Assembly: GCA_032128115.1 (NCBI GenBank)
Contig: JAQBHB010000093.1
Location: 177,599-241,598, forward strand
DNA length: 64,000 nt
Reading direction: 5' to 3'
Source of the DNA: Deltaproteobacteria bacterium
GTDB taxonomy: Bacteria; Myxococcota_A; UBA9160; SMWR01
Shown: in pieces, positions 19,818 to 28,834 of the stretch
Numbering within the stretch: position 1 is the stretch's first letter
Layout: the number at the start of each line of letters is the position of its first letter
The notes under the pieces: model-generated
Told to the model about the DNA's origin: nothing
Database searches by the model: none
What the model saw: the letters and a program-made list of their open reading frames with translations, nothing else
Made by a program: the position numbers and the translations under genes

Positions 19818-20945
19818 ATGGATCTGGATTTCACGCAGGTCGATCTGCCGGCAGCGGTCGTCCCATCGGGATCGTGGTCCGACCGCGTCTGGACGGGAAT
19901 CGGCCTCGGTCTCGACGCCACCGTGATGCGGGCGATGCAGATCGTGGTCGAACGCGCGTTGGTCCCCGCGGACGGCGACGCGGACTTCCTTCGACGCTCA
20001 GCCGCGTCGCTTCTCGACCCGGCTCTCGAGCGCAATCCGGCGCGTTTCTTCGATTTTGGCGATGCCGCGACCGCGCCACTCGCGGTGTCGACGCGCGTGC
20101 GGCGCAGCCTCGAGGGCGGCGCCGTGCAGGAGTGTCGGCTCAGGACCGGGTACCGGGCCTATGCCCCCAACGGGATCGAGCCCATCGACCGCATCTCGAA
20201 CGGGGATCCAATCCGGCTCGAGCGCTGGGTCCATGGCCACGAACGCCCTCGCGGCACGGTGGTCGCCCTGCACGGTTTCGCCATGGGTTGGCCTCGCTTC
20301 GACGCGATCGCGCTGTTTGCCTCGCAATGGTTTCGGCGCGGCCTCGACGTGGCGTTGATGACGCTGCCACATCACGGTGCCCGGAAACCCCCGCAGGCGC
20401 GATTCTCGGGCGAGTGGTTCGCTTCACCGGACGTGGCTCGCCTCTCCGAGGCGGTGCGTGAGGCAATCTACGAGATCGGCATTGCCACCCGCTGGCTGCG
20501 CGAAGAAACCGGAGCTCCGGTGGGTCTCCTGGGTCTCAGTCTCGGCGGCTATCTGACGGCGCTGGCGGCGGCCCTCAGCGACGACCTGGACTTCGCCATC
20601 CCCATGGTGCCGCCCGCCTGCATCGGGGATCTCGCCTGGCGCTTCTACGCCAAGACGAAACACCATCGGAGCGGGGGCGAAGCGGCGATCTCGCGCGACG
20701 AGCTGCGAAGTGCCTTCCGTGTGCACTCTCCGTTGGCCCACCCCCTGCGGCTCCCGAGCGAGCGGGTGTTGATCGTTGCCGGGCGCGGCGATCGGATAGT
20801 TCCCCCGGAGCATCCCAGCGCCCTGTGGCAGCATTGGGATCGGCCGGCCATCCATTGGTTCAGCGGCAGCCACCTCGCGCCCTTCGGTCGGCGCCGCATC
20901 GTGAAGGCCATCGAACGGCATCTCGGGCGGCTCGACATTCTCTAG
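19818..20945 (+). CDS. alpha/beta hydrolase (start uncertain, 19803 or 19818)
   Basis: VVALHGF, LPHHGAR, nucleophile GLSLGG, GDRIVP, FSGSH. Confidence 0.85.
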   Translation: MDLDFTQVDLPAAVVPSGSWSDRVWTGIGLGLDATVMRAMQIVVERALVPADGDADFLRRSAASLLDPALERNPARFFDFGDAATAPLAVSTRVRRSLEGGAVQECRLRTGYRAYAPNGIEPIDRISNGDPIRLERWVHGHERPRGTVVALHGFAMGWPRFDAIALFASQWFRRGLDVALMTLPHHGARKPPQARFSGEWFASPDVARLSEAVREAIYEIGIATRWLREETGAPVGLLGLSLGGYLTALAAALSDDLDFAIPMVPPACIGDLAWRFYAKTKHHRSGGEAAISRDELRSAFRVHSPLAHPLRLPSERVLIVAGRGDRIVPPEHPSALWQHWDRPAIHWFSGSHLAPFGRRRIVKAIERHLGRLDIL

Positions 20946-21039
20946 GTCCGCATCCGGCCCACCCCGCCCCACCGCGTCGGGGTAGCTGGGGTTTCTTGTC
21001 GCAGCGCACCCGCGGCACGCCCCTGGGGCGGCGCCGCAT

Positions 21040-21055
21040 GGGCATCCGAATTGCA
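21040..21055 (+). promoter_or_regulatory. candidate sigma54 (-24/-12) promoter
   Basis: GGCATCCGAATTGCA = GG-N10-GC with TTGCA, about 35 bp upstream of the ATG at 21091. Confidence 0.5.
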
Positions 21056-21090
21056 CGGTTTCTGCGCTCAACAACGGCAAGGAGGTGGCC

Positions 21091-21987
21091 ATGACCGATT
21101 TTCTTGACGGCTATTCGATTCAGCACTGGCTCGAGTCATGTCCCCAGGGCTACCTGCAGGGGACGCAGTTCGGGCACCACCCGGAGATGAAGGAGATGGA
21201 CCTGGTGCTCGAAGATCCGTTCCTGAGGGAGCAGGCGATCTCGCTCACCGTCCAACTGGTGGCGGGCGAGCGCTGTGCATTGGCTGCCTCGTCGGGGCTC
21301 ATCAATTGCGCGCCGGACGAGGGCAGCAAGCGCTTCCTGGCCACACAGACCCTCGACGAGGCGCGCCACGTCGAGATCTTCTCGCAGCGGCTCTTCGATC
21401 TGGGGGTCAAGAAGAACGAGTTGGAAGACGTGGTGAAGCAGCACGCCAACCAGAACCTCGTGAAATTTGCCGAACTCCTGCTGGAAAAGGTGGACAAGCG
21501 CGACTTCGTTGCCGGCGTGGTGGGTCAGAACATCGTGCTCGAGGGCATGGCGTTCACCGTCTTCGAGATGCTGCACGCCGCCATGAAAGCCGCGAACCCG
21601 AAGTTCGCGCAGACGCTTTCGGGCACGATTGCCGATGAGCGGCGTCATGTGGGCTTCGGTGAGAATCGGATCGGCTCGCTGATCCGGGAACATCCGGAGC
21701 GCAAGCCCGAGGTCGAGAAACTGCAGAAGGAGATGACCTACTACATGCTGGCGACCTTCGCCGACCGGCTCCGTAACAGCGACGTGCAGGAGGAGCGGCG
21801 CCGCATGCGCGAGAAGCTGCAAGAGGCAGCCGCGACCGAGCTTCCGGCGGCGGAATGGCACGGCCTCAACCTGGCCGACGCCGAGTCCGAGGAACTCGAG
21901 AACGTGCTCTCGAACACGGTGCTCAAGGAGTTCAAGCTGCGCCTGGGTCGCGTGGGGATCGACTACCAGACGCCGGACCGCCCCTAG
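21091..21987 (+). CDS. ferritin-like diiron-carboxylate protein (R2-like / aldehyde decarbonylase-like fold)
   Basis: E...DEARH...E...DERRH diiron ligand pattern; SD AGGAGG. Confidence 0.85.
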   Translation: MTDFLDGYSIQHWLESCPQGYLQGTQFGHHPEMKEMDLVLEDPFLREQAISLTVQLVAGERCALAASSGLINCAPDEGSKRFLATQTLDEARHVEIFSQRLFDLGVKKNELEDVVKQHANQNLVKFAELLLEKVDKRDFVAGVVGQNIVLEGMAFTVFEMLHAAMKAANPKFAQTLSGTIADERRHVGFGENRIGSLIREHPERKPEVEKLQKEMTYYMLATFADRLRNSDVQEERRRMREKLQEAAATELPAAEWHGLNLADAESEELENVLSNTVLKEFKLRLGRVGIDYQTPDRP

Positions 21988-22031
21988 ACCAGGGGCTGCG
22001 GGCCGGACCGCCCCTAGACCGGGGGCCGCGG
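21972..22031. repeat. 30-bp tandem duplication spanning the stop codon
   Basis: GCCGGACCGCCCCTAGACCRGGGGCYGCGG x2; each unit contains a small CCCC...GGGG hairpin. Confidence 0.9.
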
Positions 22032-22051
22032 CGCGGGATCGGATGGGGAGG

Positions 22052-22534
22052 CTATTGGATCTGCTGCTCCACGGCTCGCAGCAGTCCCTCCTCGCGCCGC
22101 TCGTGGCGTTCGAATGACCTGGCGAAATCTTCCAGCGTCTGGGACGCCGCGGCCAGGGCCCCCTCTTCCACCTGGGCCGAAATGCGCGCGAGGATGTCCC
22201 GATAGCGCGCGTGGGCCCCAACGAGTTCGACCAGGCGGGGCTTGCGTTCCGGGAGAAGGGCACAGAGGGGCGGGTAGTACAGGTGATCTTCCTGGGCAAA
22301 ATGGGTCTCGAGGGCGTCGCGGAGGCGCAGGAACGATTCAAGCGCGCGGGATTGGACATCCGGCCCGCGCAGGGCCGCCTGGGCTTCCCCGAACAGTTCG
22401 TCGATGTACCGGTGTTCCCGCGCGATCCGCTCTTCGACGGATCGGGGCGGCTCCCCGTCTTGGGGGTCCTGTCGGTCCTGCCGATCCTGTCGATCCAGGC
22501 GATCGTCTCGATCTCCGCGGCCGTGCTTTGCCAC
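22052..22534 (-). CDS. hemerythrin (HHE cation-binding) domain protein
   Basis: EH...HFAQED.LYYP...H...HERREE; SD AGGAGG before GTG; N-terminal QDR repeats. Confidence 0.82.
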   Translation of the reverse strand: MAKHGRGDRDDRLDRQDRQDRQDPQDGEPPRSVEERIAREHRYIDELFGEAQAALRGPDVQSRALESFLRLRDALETHFAQEDHLYYPPLCALLPERKPRLVELVGAHARYRDILARISAQVEEGALAAASQTLEDFARSFERHERREEGLLRAVEQQIQ

Positions 22535-22590
22535 CCACATCCTCCTGTCAGGCAACACCCCATCCTATCGAATCCGCCGCGGGCTCCGAT

Positions 22591-23280
22591 ATGATGACCG
22601 TCATGGCAGCCCCAAGGGGCGGATCCGACGTGGACATCGAGCTGGAACGAGCAGAGCTCTATCGCGCGCTCTCGCCGGAGCGCCTGGCGAATGTCCGCTC
22701 CCTTCTGGCCGAGAAGCGCTTCTCCCGCCAACAGGTGCTGTTCTTCGACAGCGAACCAGCCACCACCGTGTGGACCGTGCGCAGTGGCGAGGTCCGCTTG
22801 TACAAGAGCTCGCCGGGCGCCCGCCTCACCACCCTGGAGAGCCTGCATCCCGGTGAGGTGTTCGGAGCGCTACCCGCATTGGAGGACGAAACCTACGCGG
22901 CCAGCGCCGAGGCTGTGACGGATGGCACTGTGTGGTGTCTACCGCGATCGGTCTTCCGGAAGCTGCTGGAACAGGAGCCGGCTCTCAATGCGGAGATCCT
23001 GAAGATCGTCTCGCGGCGATTGAGGGAGGCCCACGAGCGCCTGCGGTCGTTCGCACACGATCCGGCCCCGGCGCGGATCGCGGGGGCCCTGTTGCGCGCC
23101 GTGCGGGGCAACGAAGCCCGAGTGACGCGCCGTGCCCTGGCCGAGGCCGCGGGCACGACGGTCGAGACTGCGATTCGCGTGCTGCGCCGGCTGGAAGGCG
23201 AGGGGGTGATCCGCGGCGAGGTAGGGCGCGTGCAGGTGCTCGATGAAGCGTCGCTGCGTCGTGCCGCCGGCGGCGTGTGA
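22591..23280 (+). CDS. Crp/Fnr family transcriptional regulator (start uncertain, 22591-22630)
   Basis: LHPGEVFG effector domain; LAEAAGTTVETAIRVLRRLEGEGVI HTH; no FNR Cys cluster. Confidence 0.9.
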   Translation: MMTVMAAPRGGSDVDIELERAELYRALSPERLANVRSLLAEKRFSRQQVLFFDSEPATTVWTVRSGEVRLYKSSPGARLTTLESLHPGEVFGALPALEDETYAASAEAVTDGTVWCLPRSVFRKLLEQEPALNAEILKIVSRRLREAHERLRSFAHDPAPARIAGALLRAVRGNEARVTRRALAEAAGTTVETAIRVLRRLEGEGVIRGEVGRVQVLDEASLRRAAGGV

Positions 23281-23283
23281 TCC

Positions 23284-24345
23284 CTACCGGCTCCGGTCCC
23301 TGGAGTCGCGCCACAGGTTCGCCAGTGCGTCCCACAAGCTCGATCGCGCCGTCTGCAGGTAGAGCCTGTTGTCCGACAGGTCTGCCACGAGGCGCCGGTG
23401 CGCCGTTCCGAGCGCGTGGTACGGCATCCCCGGGAACAGGTGATGGGTGGCGTGATAGCGCAGGCCCACGGGTGCCCAAAGCGCGGTGAGCAGGCGGTGG
23501 CCCGGAACGTTCACCGAATCGAGGTACTGCTCGGTGAATCCCAGTTTCCGATCGATCGGATTCCGGTAGCGGTGCGCCGCCAGGGTTCTCAGGGAGTTCA
23601 GCAGGAAGATGAGGAAGGCGACCACGACCCAGAGCGCCAGGGCCTGCCACGGCAGGATCCCCGTGGCCGCGAGCCCGATGGCAGCGGCGCCGTAGAGGAA
23701 GGTGAGAAACTCCTGGAGGCGCCAGGTACCGCCGTCTCGCGACGTGGGCGCCGGCCTGCGGTAGCTCCAGTCGATCGTGAGCGACGAAAGCCTCTCCCAG
23801 GTGAGTCGCCGCAGGCCCGGGTGCAGATACGACAGCGGCGTCAGAACCACGAATCGCGCCACCAGCACGAAGGGCAGTGCGACCGAAAGCAGCGCGTAGA
23901 GGACGATGTTGGCGGGCGCCTGCAGGGCGAACGGGACGTATTCCCCATCGCGCGCCGTACCGTAGACGTCGCGCTTGTGGTGATCGTTGTGGACGCCCCG
24001 GTACGTGAACGAGGGTGCCATCAGCGGGAAGCCACAGGTGAGATTCCAGACGGCACGAAATACGCCGAGGCTTCCCGTCTTCGCGTGAGCGAGCTCGTGA
24101 GTGAAGATCACGGCCCGATACAGGGCCAGGACCGCCACGACCAGTGCCACGATCCGCCAGGGCGAGGCGGCGGGAAGTGCGAGCGTGGCGGCGAACGCGG
24201 CCCAACCCAGGCCGACGTGGGTCCCGAAGTCCAGCCAATAGAGCACCGGCCGCACCTCAAACAGATCCCGGACGATCCCCTGGGCTTCGCGCAGCGGAAA
24301 GGCCCCGGATTCCACGGGCGCGTATACCAGGGCGGCTTCAGCCAT
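23284..24345 (-). CDS. membrane fatty acid desaturase family protein
   Basis: three His boxes HELAH, HNDHH, HATHH and TM segments. Confidence 0.9.
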   Translation of the reverse strand: MAEAALVYAPVESGAFPLREAQGIVRDLFEVRPVLYWLDFGTHVGLGWAAFAATLALPAASPWRIVALVVAVLALYRAVIFTHELAHAKTGSLGVFRAVWNLTCGFPLMAPSFTYRGVHNDHHKRDVYGTARDGEYVPFALQAPANIVLYALLSVALPFVLVARFVVLTPLSYLHPGLRRLTWERLSSLTIDWSYRRPAPTSRDGGTWRLQEFLTFLYGAAAIGLAATGILPWQALALWVVVAFLIFLLNSLRTLAAHRYRNPIDRKLGFTEQYLDSVNVPGHRLLTALWAPVGLRYHATHHLFPGMPYHALGTAHRRLVADLSDNRLYLQTARSSLWDALANLWRDSRDRSR

Positions 24346-25258
24346 AGACGCGCGCCTCGATTCCCGTTCGGCCCCTCAGCTGACAGGCAATCTCCTCCAG
24401 CCTGGAGGGACTCACGGGTCGTATGTCTGCCGTCGCGGGCGGTTGATCGATCGTGTAGATCTGGACGGCGCGCGGGCCGATCTCCGACACCAGCTCGATC
24501 CATTCGGTCACCGTCTCCGAGTCGGTATTCGAGACCGATCCCTCGATGAAACACGACTGCAGGGAGACGTCCCGAAGCAGGCTGAGTCCCAAAAGACGGG
24601 CACCCGGTGGATGGCCGCGGGTCGGCCGGCACACGCGTTCGAAGTTCGCGTCGAGCTTGACGATGCGCTCGTCCAGGCGATCGAGGGCACTACGCACGGT
24701 GGGCGAGACTGCCTGGCTCCCGTTGGTGAGGATGCGCACCGGGACGCGTGGCCACGATCGCCGCGCCGCGGCCAGGATCCGGTCCACCACCAGTGGCAGT
24801 TCCGGATGGAGCGTGGCTTCTCCGTGGCCGGAAATAGTGATGGAATCCAGCGCGCCGATGCTGCCAGCGGCATTGTCGAGCGCGGCTTCCACCTCGTCGG
24901 CCGTGGGCCAGGCATTCGATCCGGATCGGGGAGGCGCATCCCCGTAGCTGCAATAGACGCAGTCATAGCTGCACAGGCGGCATCGCGGCGGCGTCAGACT
25001 CACTCCTAGCGAGTTTCCCAGACGACGAGACGAGATGGGCCCGTACACGATCGAGTCGAAGGGAAGTGCAGGCTGCCCGCCGATGTGCGCCTCTTGCGGG
25101 TGCCGCCACCCGGGTGTCTCCAGCTCGGCGCGGCGCTCCATCGCCTCGCCAACGGTCGGCTCCCAGATCAGAAGATCGGGGCCCACCACGCGGTAGCCGC
25201 CCCTGGCGCGTTCGATGCGATAGCGGGGAGACGGAAGGCTCGATTTTTGATGTGACAC
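24338..25258 (-). CDS. radical SAM protein (COG0731/TYW1-like Fe-S oxidoreductase); start uncertain
   Basis: IVYGPISSRRLGNSLGV, CSYDCVYC, ITISGHGEATLHP, ILTNGS, VKLDA; stop overlaps desaturase start. Confidence 0.88.
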   Translation of the reverse strand: MSHQKSSLPSPRYRIERARGGYRVVGPDLLIWEPTVGEAMERRAELETPGWRHPQEAHIGGQPALPFDSIVYGPISSRRLGNSLGVSLTPPRCRLCSYDCVYCSYGDAPPRSGSNAWPTADEVEAALDNAAGSIGALDSITISGHGEATLHPELPLVVDRILAAARRSWPRVPVRILTNGSQAVSPTVRSALDRLDERIVKLDANFERVCRPTRGHPPGARLLGLSLLRDVSLQSCFIEGSVSNTDSETVTEWIELVSEIGPRAVQIYTIDQPPATADIRPVSPSRLEEIACQLRGRTGIEARVYG

Positions 25259-25313
25259 AGCGACTCCAACGGGGGGAGACCCTTCGAGACGTAGCCCAGC
25301 CCGCCCCAAGGCA

Positions 25314-25331
25314 GTATGACCCCGGTCATAC
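25314..25331. promoter_or_regulatory. candidate Crp/Fnr-type operator
   Basis: palindrome GTATGACC-CC-GGTCATAC (ATGAC-N4-GTCAT) upstream of the radical SAM-desaturase operon. Confidence 0.55.
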
Positions 25332-25472
25332 CCGGCGTGACGTCCGATCGCAAAGTTCCCGGTGCGTCCCGCTGCAGGGGAAGCGACCATCAAGGCCGGC
25401 CGAGGAGCCGCCGATGGTCGAAAAGGATTCTGCGCACATCTCCTCCCTTCGGATGAGTGGAGCGATTCTGAC

Positions 25473-27947
25473 ATGCCCCTCGTGGACCCTCGCATCCTGG
25501 CGACCTTCCGATCTCGCGGCGATCGGTGTCGCGATGCGCCCGGCATGCGCTCGCTGCCGGAGCGGATCGTGCTGGACGTGAAGGAGGGGGTGCGGCCCAG
25601 CGACAAGCCGCCGGTCCGCATCTTCCTGGGCACGGAACCCGCCCAATATCGGGCCGAGCGGATCTTCGTCTGGTCGATCGAGCAGGTGCGTGACCCGGCG
25701 CGGATCTACGAAATCCATCTGATGAAGGAGTTGTCGGGGTTCGACCGTCGCAGGTGGCTCACGGGCTTCACCAACTACCGCTATGCCATTCCCCATTTCG
25801 CAGGCGGCGCCGGGCGCGCCATCTGGAACGATGTGGACGAGATCTACCTCGGCGACCCGGCCGAGCTCTTCGATACCGACATGTCGGGGTGCGGCTTCCT
25901 CACGATCCCGCGCCTGTCGCCCACGGCCCGTGTGGATTCCTCGGTCATGCTGATGGACTGCGAGAAGATGGCGGCGGTCTGGTCCCTGGAGGCGGCCCAG
26001 AACCAGGGCTCGAAGTCGCTGCTCGACAGGGCGGTGTCCGTCCCGGGACTCCACGGGGATCTGGTGCCCGAGTGGAACGCACGGGATGAAGAATACGAAC
26101 CGGATCGCTCGAAGCTGATCCACTACACGGTGCTGCACACGCAACCCTGGCAGCCGCTGCCTGGGCTGTTCGTGTATCAACGCAATCCAGTCGGCCGGGT
26201 CTGGTATGACCTGGAGCGCGCAGCCGACGCCGCGGGGTACTGCGTCTTCAGCGCCGAGCGACCCAGCCGTCGCTTCCAGGCGCTGCTCGAGAACCTCGGT
26301 TCGGCCGGGGCCATGCACGCCCGGGAGCCCGGGGCAGCGGGTGTCGAAGTGGACGAGGTCCGCGCCCTGGTGGCCGAGACGGGCGCAGGCGAGGTTCTGG
26401 AGTTCTCGCTTCGGGGCGACGCCGCGGCGGATGCGGAGGCCCGGGCAATCGCCTTCCGCTACGGCGTGTCGCGCGCCCAGGCGTGCGGCCCGACCCTCTC
26501 GCCGTCCCAGGGCGCAGCTGCGCCACGCTTCGACGGCGTGGTGTGCGCCGGATTGCTGGAAGTGCTGCCCGACGAAGACGTGCCCTGGGTGATCGAAGGA
26601 TTGTTCGCCCGGGCAGGTCGTTTTGTCTACGCGGCAGTCGATGATGCGCCCAACGAGCGCGTGCTTCCGAACGGGAGCACCCAGGAAATCCGATCCCGGG
26701 GTCGATCCCGCTGGCTCGCCAGTTTCGAGGCCGCGAGCGCCCGCCACCCGAACGTGCGCTGGAGGCTCGCGCTGTGGACGTGCGGCCCGCGCGGGCGTCG
26801 GAAGCTCCGAGTGCGGGAAGGGGGCCGGGCGCTCGGGGGCACGCCCCGGGTCTGGGTGATCAACGATGGCTCAACGGAGCATGCGGAGCAGGCGCTCGGG
26901 CTGGCAGAGTCCCTGGGCTGGCCCTTCCAGGTGAAGCGGGCGAAGTCGTCCGCGCTGGCGCGGCTGGGGCGCCGCCACTGGATCCCCGGGCTTGGACTCG
27001 ATCCCGACACGAGCCGTGGAGAGACTTCGTGGCCCGACCTGGTGATCGCCTCGGGGCGATCGGGTTCGCGCGCCGCCCGATGGGTCGGCCGGCGCAGCCA
27101 CGGTAGAACGCGGGTGGTCGAACTCGGGACTGGCCGCGAGCGGAGCGCCGAACCCTTCGACATCGTGATCGCGTCCGGCTGCTCCGATGTGCCGCCCGAT
27201 CTGCGCCGCATCGAGACAACGGGGCCGCTTGCAGGCGCCATCGGCCGGCGGCCCACCGGTGGCGCGGCGCCTCGATTGCACGGCATGTCGCACCCCCGCG
27301 TGGCGCTCCTGGTGGGGAGACGAGAGCGCAGCGCAGCGGCGATACGGCGCATGGCCGACGAAGTGGCTCGCTCTGCCCAGGCCGCGGGCGGCGCGGCCTT
27401 CGCCGTCTCGTCTCCCAGAACACGACTCCGGATCGTCCGGGCCCTGGCCCGCGGGCTCGGCGGCGACCTCGCCGTGCGGCGGTCGAAGCCATCGAAGAGC
27501 GAGCTGTGCGATCCCGACCACCTGGCCGCGGCGGACGCCCTCGTGGTTCCCGGGACCAATGAGGCCCTGCTGGTGCAGGCGGTTGCCACCGACAAGCCGG
27601 TGTACATCTACCGGTTGCCGCGGCAACGGGTCGGCATTCGGCAGCGATTCGCCCGTTGGGTCCACGGGCGGGCGCGGGCGCGACCCCTCAACCGCCGCGG
27701 CACCGTTCGGCCGCAACAGGGCCTGGAGTACCTGTGTGCCCGGCTCGTGGAGCGGGGATTCGTCTGCCCTCCGCGGGATCCGGAAGTGCTATGCCAGGCG
27801 CTGATTCGCCGCGGTCTTGCAAAGCCGTTCGGCGCCACCCTGGACGCGACCGAGCGTACTCCGTTTCGGGAGGCCGAACAGGTGGCCGCCCGGCTTCGAT
27901 CGCTCCTGGGATCGCCCGCCGCACCCGGGGCGCACGCGACTCACTGA
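25473..27947 (+). CDS. multidomain protein: GT8-like glycosyltransferase + methyltransferase-like region + ELM1 (mitochondrial fission ELM1/DUF1022-like) domain; start may be 25545
   Basis: TGFTNYRYAIP...GRAIWNDVD (DxD), PEWNARD, LIHYT; FDGVVCAGLLEVLP; PRVWVI...QALGLAESLG, WPDLVIASG, AVATDKPVYI. Confidence 0.75.
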   Translation: MPLVDPRILATFRSRGDRCRDAPGMRSLPERIVLDVKEGVRPSDKPPVRIFLGTEPAQYRAERIFVWSIEQVRDPARIYEIHLMKELSGFDRRRWLTGFTNYRYAIPHFAGGAGRAIWNDVDEIYLGDPAELFDTDMSGCGFLTIPRLSPTARVDSSVMLMDCEKMAAVWSLEAAQNQGSKSLLDRAVSVPGLHGDLVPEWNARDEEYEPDRSKLIHYTVLHTQPWQPLPGLFVYQRNPVGRVWYDLERAADAAGYCVFSAERPSRRFQALLENLGSAGAMHAREPGAAGVEVDEVRALVAETGAGEVLEFSLRGDAAADAEARAIAFRYGVSRAQACGPTLSPSQGAAAPRFDGVVCAGLLEVLPDEDVPWVIEGLFARAGRFVYAAVDDAPNERVLPNGSTQEIRSRGRSRWLASFEAASARHPNVRWRLALWTCGPRGRRKLRVREGGRALGGTPRVWVINDGSTEHAEQALGLAESLGWPFQVKRAKSSALARLGRRHWIPGLGLDPDTSRGETSWPDLVIASGRSGSRAARWVGRRSHGRTRVVELGTGRERSAEPFDIVIASGCSDVPPDLRRIETTGPLAGAIGRRPTGGAAPRLHGMSHPRVALLVGRRERSAAAIRRMADEVARSAQAAGGAAFAVSSPRTRLRIVRALARGLGGDLAVRRSKPSKSELCDPDHLAAADALVVPGTNEALLVQAVATDKPVYIYRLPRQRVGIRQRFARWVHGRARARPLNRRGTVRPQQGLEYLCARLVERGFVCPPRDPEVLCQALIRRGLAKPFGATLDATERTPFREAEQVAARLRSLLGSPAAPGAHATH

Positions 27948-27962
27948 ACCGGGGGAGGGAAC

Positions 27963-28685
27963 ATGATCCAGATCGCCATCGGGACCCAGACCAACCAGTA
28001 CGTTGGGCAGAAGGTGCTCGAATACACCATTCGAAAACACAGCCGCGAGGAGGTGGATATCCGCTATCCCGCGCAAACCGCGAAACGCATGGGCGGAACC
28101 CGCTTTGGATTCGTTCGCTTCCAGGTTCCGGAGGTCTTCGGCTTCAAGGGGCGGGCGATCTACCTGGATGCCGATCAGCTCGTGTTCTCCGATGTGCGTG
28201 AGCTGGTGGATCAGCTCGACGACGCGCATAGCATCGGAATCGTGCGGAATATTTTCGGATCTTTCGCCGGGAAGCCGGTCCCGGAGCGCAACGAGACGAG
28301 CGTCATGGTGCTCGACTGCGAGAAACTCGGCGACTGGACCACCGATACGCTTTTCAACGGTGTGGTCTCCAACCTGGCACCTCTGGGTCCGGGCCAGATG
28401 CATTACATCGATTTCATGCGACTCGCCTGGGTGGATCCGTCGCTCATCCAGGCCATCGACACCCGCTGGAACCACTACAACGTCATCAACGACGACACCA
28501 AGCTCGTGCACTTCAGCCACGTGCGCGACCAGCCCTGGAAGAAGCCGTCGCATCCCTACACGCAGGTCTGGGTCGAATCGATGCTCGAGGCCATGGATCA
28601 CGGCTTCGTAACACGTGGCGACCTGGTGCGGGCGGTGGGCCGGTTCCACATCCATCCGCATTTCGCCCGCTACGCGTTCCACTGA
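27963..28685 (+). CDS. GT8-like glycosyltransferase
   Basis: TRFGFVRF...GRAIYLDADQL (DxD), TSVMVLDC, RWNH, KLVHFS...QPW. Confidence 0.82.
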   Translation: MIQIAIGTQTNQYVGQKVLEYTIRKHSREEVDIRYPAQTAKRMGGTRFGFVRFQVPEVFGFKGRAIYLDADQLVFSDVRELVDQLDDAHSIGIVRNIFGSFAGKPVPERNETSVMVLDCEKLGDWTTDTLFNGVVSNLAPLGPGQMHYIDFMRLAWVDPSLIQAIDTRWNHYNVINDDTKLVHFSHVRDQPWKKPSHPYTQVWVESMLEAMDHGFVTRGDLVRAVGRFHIHPHFARYAFH

Positions 28686-28834
28686 GCCGTGGCGAACCAG
28701 GCCCTCCGGGTCAGGGACCGCCCCCGCTGTAGCCGCGGAAGTCACCGGCTGGGCCCCGGGGAAAGATCTCGTAGGTGTGCTAGGCACTGAGCGGGGGAGC
28801 ATTGCCACGCGCGCCCGCGCCGTGGATCCGTTCG

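Noticed and set aside
22463..22500. 9-bp repeats encoding QDR at the hemerythrin N-terminus
   Set aside because: Low-complexity in-frame expansion with no evident function.
25247..25260. TTGATGTGACACAG as an FNR box
   Set aside because: Only one half-site, and it overlaps the predicted start codon.
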